From: Octopus sinensis
Taxonomy: Eukaryota
Length of the DNA: 11,944 nt
Direction of reading: 5' to 3'
NCBI RefSeq assembly: GCF_006345805.1
Contig: NW_021826676.1
Coordinates: 1 to 11,944 of the forward strand
A program made the position numbers and the translations under genes. The notes below the pieces were generated by a model that had not been told where the DNA came from, ran no database searches, and saw only the letters and a program-made list of their open reading frames with translations. Below, in pieces: positions 8,940 to 11,944 of this stretch. Position 1 is the stretch's first letter. Each line of letters starts with the position of its first letter.

Positions 8940-9220
8940 ATTCAGCTGAATGCATAGCATTGTTTGGTTGAAATTACCGAAATACGACAACTTTAACGTG
9001 AAATAACTTCCTAAATATACGCTTTTCTCAAAAATGCTAAGAGTAAAAGATGTTTTATATGACAGATTCTGCCAGTGTCCGAAGTTTGAAAGTGCTCAGT
9101 TACAAAAATTATTTTAAAAATCTGTCGGTCAAAATGTAAAGATCCCAGAAAGTTTGTATCGTAATTCCTTTTCGGATCTTAGGTAAGTTGGTATCAACAA
9201 AGTTAATATCATCTAATTAT

Positions 9221-9454
9221 CAAGGCGGCGAGCTGGCAGAAATGTTAGCACGCCGGGCGAAATGCGTAGCCGTATTTCGTCTGCAGTTACGTTCTGAGTT
9301 CAAATTCCGCCGAGGTCGACTTTGCCTCTCATCCTTTCGGGGTCAATAAATTAAGTACCAGTTACGCAGTGGGGTCGATGTAATCGATTTAATCCGTTTG
9401 TCTGTCCTTCTTTGTCCCTTCTGTTTTTAGCCCCTTGTGGGTAGTAAAGAAATA
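9221..9454 (+). mobile_element. Full-length tRNA-derived SINE (family A, tail type 1) with a perfect 16-bp TSD
   Basis: A-box-like TGGCAGAAATG at 9234-9244 and B box GAGTTCAAATTCC at 9296-9308. TSD AATATCATCTAATTAT at 9205-9220 and 9455-9470. It resembles tRNA-derived Octopus SINEs (OK/OR type), but the exact family is not verifiable here. Confidence 0.92.
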
Positions 9455-10061
9455 AATATCATCTAATTATTATTAATTGAGTGATAAAACAAAACTGCTT
9501 TGCTGTGAAATCGAGCCATCAATCTCTTAGTTGACAGTTTAACAGTCTATCCCCATGGCTTATGGTTGCTTCATGACTTGATAGCACTGCACAAATATCA
9601 ATTGAATTGCTCTGCACGATATTTTTAGTCGGCTATTTCGATTTTAATACATCATAAAAATTCAATAAATATTTAATTTATTGTCTAGACTAACAAAAGT
9701 TTAAGAATAGCTTTCGTATCGGAATAATATCTTCAAGATCATTTTATCTAGGAGATATTTTTGATGTGAGAGAAAATATTTCAGTTTGAAGGAAGAAAGG
9801 AATGAACAATATGTATTGAAAGAGAGGAAAACGGTTTTGCTTTTTTTTTTTTTATATTTAAAGCAAAATAAAATTAATATTCTTCCGGTTTAACGAAATC
9901 TGGAGAAATATGTAAAGTGATGGTTTCCTGTTGACAAGGTGGAATATCAGTGGTACCTAGCGATATGCAATGGTTTTTGAAACATAGTTCGTTACCATTA
10001 TGGATAAAATACATTTACCTCTCGCAGAGACCCATAAAGTTAGTATTATAATAATCAGGGA

Positions 10062-10256
10062 AAGGCAGCGAGCTGGCAGAAACGTTAGCATTCCGGTTGA
10101 AATTCCTGGCGGCATTTCGTTTGCCGTTAAGTTCTGAGTTCAAATTCCGCCGAGGTCGTCTTTGCCTTTCATCCTTTCGGGGTTGATTAAATAAGTAACA
10201 GTTACGCACTGGGGTCGATATAATCGATTTAATCCGTTTGTCTGTCCTTGTTTGTC
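10062..10256 (+). mobile_element. SINE family A (tail type 1), 3'-truncated
   Basis: Highly similar to the 9221 copy through AATCCGTTTGTCTGTCCTTGTTTGTC, then breaks off. Confidence 0.9.
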
Positions 10257-10257
10257 A

Positions 10258-10431
10258 GGCATTTCGTCTGTCTTTACGTTCTGAGTTAAAAATTCCGCCG
10301 CGGTCGACTTTGCATTTCATCCTTTAGGGGTCAATAAATTAACTACCAGTTGCATAATATGGTTGTTCTAATCAACTGGGCCCCTCACCAAAAACTTCGG
10401 GCCTTGTGCCTAGAGTAGAAAAGATTATAAT
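10258..10431 (+). mobile_element. SINE family A (tail type 2), 5'-truncated, fused to the previous copy
   Basis: Starts GGCATTTCGTCTG (no A box). Core CCTTTAGGGGTCAATAAATT. Tail GGCCTTGTGCCTAGAGTAGAAAAGATTAT. Confidence 0.88.
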
Positions 10432-10844
10432 CGTGAGCGAAAAGGTGTACACTTCCTTCGGTGTTGCGCTGCATGCATACAGCCAGGCTTTTGTTTCCAA
10501 TCCAATCTTTGATACAGTCAATCAACAAACGTTTTTGACAACCTCTTGCTCTCTTCCCCTACATAGGTTCTGTTAGATCGGCGTAGGGCAATGATTGGCG
10601 ATGCATTGTATGTCTAAAATCGGTTAACTTTGTGGAGTTGATTCCCGACTGTAGGCGGTCTTGAATTTTCAACTTTTCTAGGTTATATCTGGAACTGTAA
10701 CCGTGTCACAGATTGTGTTACGCTTGAATATTACGTAAGATTTACAAGCGTTAGTGATTTGCTTGATGACTTGACACCACATTGAGTTGGTGCTTCCTAA
10801 ATTTAAACTGAAATACTCATGGTAGAAACACAACAAATTCATCG

Positions 10845-10922
10845 GGTGTGTGTGTGTATATGTGTGTTTCTGTGTACGTATGCGCGCGCGCGCGTGTGTG
10901 TGTGTGTGTGTGTATGCGTGTG
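10845..10922. repeat. (TG)n/(CG)6 alternating purine-pyrimidine tract
   Basis: Uninterrupted alternation over 10871-10922, with (CG)6 at 10883-10894. Confidence 0.92.
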
Positions 10923-11029
10923 AGGATATAGTTGATGAATAACGGCGTTCGAATTTCCGCATGGTGGATCGATTCAAGGTTTTCACTTGAAGCTCGCAAT
11001 ATTTATCTCTTTCTTATACTTTCCCCTGA

Positions 11030-11573
11030 GTGAAGGTGCGTGTCTTAGTGCTTACGGTATTTGGCTCACGATCTTAGGGTCGTGAGTTAAATACCCGCCA
11101 GCCCATTGTGTCTTTGACCAAGACACTTTATTTCACGTTGCTCCAGTCCACTAAGCGAGCAAAAATGAGTAGTATCTGTAAGTCAAAGGGCCGGCCTTTT
11201 CACACTCTGTATCCTTTTCTACTCTAGGCACAAGACTCAGAATTTTGAGGGAGGGGCCAGCCGATTAGATCGGCATCAGTACGCAACTGATACTTAATTA
11301 ATTTATCGACTCCGAAAGGATGAAATGCAAAGTCAATCTCGGCGGAATTTGAACTCAGAACGTAAAGACCGCTAAGCATTTCACCCGGTGTGTTAACGTT
11401 TCTGCCAGCTCACCGCCTTTGTCACACTTTAAAACTCTAAATCTCCTTGAGAACTACGTTATGGTTACACGTTACTGTAGAATGCGCAGCCACTTGCGTG
11501 TTAATGTCAGGGGCAGGATGTTCCGTAGGTTGCATCTACTGGAACCCACGTCATCCTAACAAACAGAGTGCCA
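11030..11573 (+). mobile_element. Decayed tRNA-derived SINE (family B tail, CORE-like centre), split by a nested SINE
   Basis: Degenerate A and B boxes (TGTCTTAGTG, GAGTTAAATACC). Centre TTGACCAAGACACTTTATTTC resembles the CORE-SINE TTGGGCAAGTCACTT motif. The tail pieces TCAAAGGGCCGGCC...GAGAACTACGTT...CAGCCACTTG...CTGGAACCC...GAGTGCCA match the 6386 copy. Confidence 0.8.
11211..11419 (-). mobile_element. SINE family A (tail type 2) nested inside the family B SINE
   Basis: The minus strand reads AAGGCGGTGAGCTGGCAGAAACGTT...GAGTTCAAATTCCGCCGAG...TTGTGCCTAGAGTAGAAAAGGAT. Degenerate TSD with 9/11 matches (11198-11208 vs 11420-11430). Confidence 0.88.
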
Positions 11574-11774
11574 GTTAATACACTGACCACTGTTGGTGAG
11601 GAATAGTTATTTCCCACACCACCAGCAGACGAGGAAAACTTATAGGGTGCAATATACACGAATACATCAACTGGTGATTGATTCGTTCTTACCCTATCGA
11701 ACCGAATGTAAAAATGGCAAAGGTGATTTCGGTCATATTTAAACTTAATCGAAAGTAAAGTCACCAGAATCTTG

Positions 11775-11908
11775 CTCTTTTACTCTTTTACTCTCTTTTA
11801 CTTGTTTCAGTCATTTGACTGTGACCATGCTGGAGCACCACCTTTAGTTGAGTAAATCGACACCAGGACTTATTCTTTGTAAGCCTAGTACTTATTCTGT
11901 CGGTCCCT
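11775..11908 (-). mobile_element. 5'-truncated SINE/LINE tail fragment (family C) ending in (GAGTAAAA)n
   Basis: The minus strand has AATAAGTAC...CTGGTGTCGAT (similar to the family A core), then CTCCAGCATGGTCACAGTCAAATGACTGAAACAAG and short tandem GAGTAAAA units, a typical retroposon tail. Confidence 0.65.
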
Positions 11909-11944
11909 TACCACACGGCCGATCATTCGAAGAATAACGGTTTG

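Larger units (their letters stand above)
8623..9180. mobile_element. Possible non-autonomous DNA element (foldback/MITE or Helentron-like HINE) containing a hairpin and telomeric core
   Basis: Starts ACTAG...CCGG-ctttgct-CCGG, contains the 75-bp inverted repeat, and ends near an AAGATCC/GGATCTT inverted pair (9139-9145 and 9174-9180). Boundaries and class are uncertain. Confidence 0.4.

Noticed and set aside
2164-11419. Strand bias of family A SINEs (6 of 7 on plus)
   Set aside because: Two-sided binomial p is 0.125, and paired copies are not independent.
11507-11764. 85-aa minus-strand ORF
   Set aside because: It overlaps the SINE tail, has no recognisable homology, and lacks convincing splice context.
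1-11944. CRISPR arrays, operons or prokaryotic systems
   Set aside because: No repeat-spacer arrays or gene-dense structure; the window is eukaryotic repeat DNA.

Overview
AT-rich eukaryotic non-coding DNA, densely filled with microsatellites and retroposons. The repeat make-up (tRNA-headed SINEs plus long (AT)n, (CA)n and (GATA)n arrays) suggests a cephalopod, probably Octopus; this is pattern recognition, not a database result. I cannot support any intact protein-coding gene. Most listed ORFs are translations of microsatellites or antisense frames. The only real protein homology is a decayed L1/Tx1-clade LINE ORF2 on the minus strand (about 2925-5267). It carries the post-endonuclease linker, reverse transcriptase and a CCHC finger, with multiple stops and frameshifts. 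About ten SINE copies are present, with shared heads or cores and swapped tails. They include one with a perfect 16-bp target-site duplication (TSD), one nested insertion and one chimeric dimer. The two most notable items are (1) a 190-bp (AT)n-flanked element containing a Penelope-type minimal hammerhead ribozyme fold (6997-7034, minus strand) with one core substitution, and (2) a 75-bp-arm foldback (8690-8939) whose loop is a telomere-like CCCTAA array.
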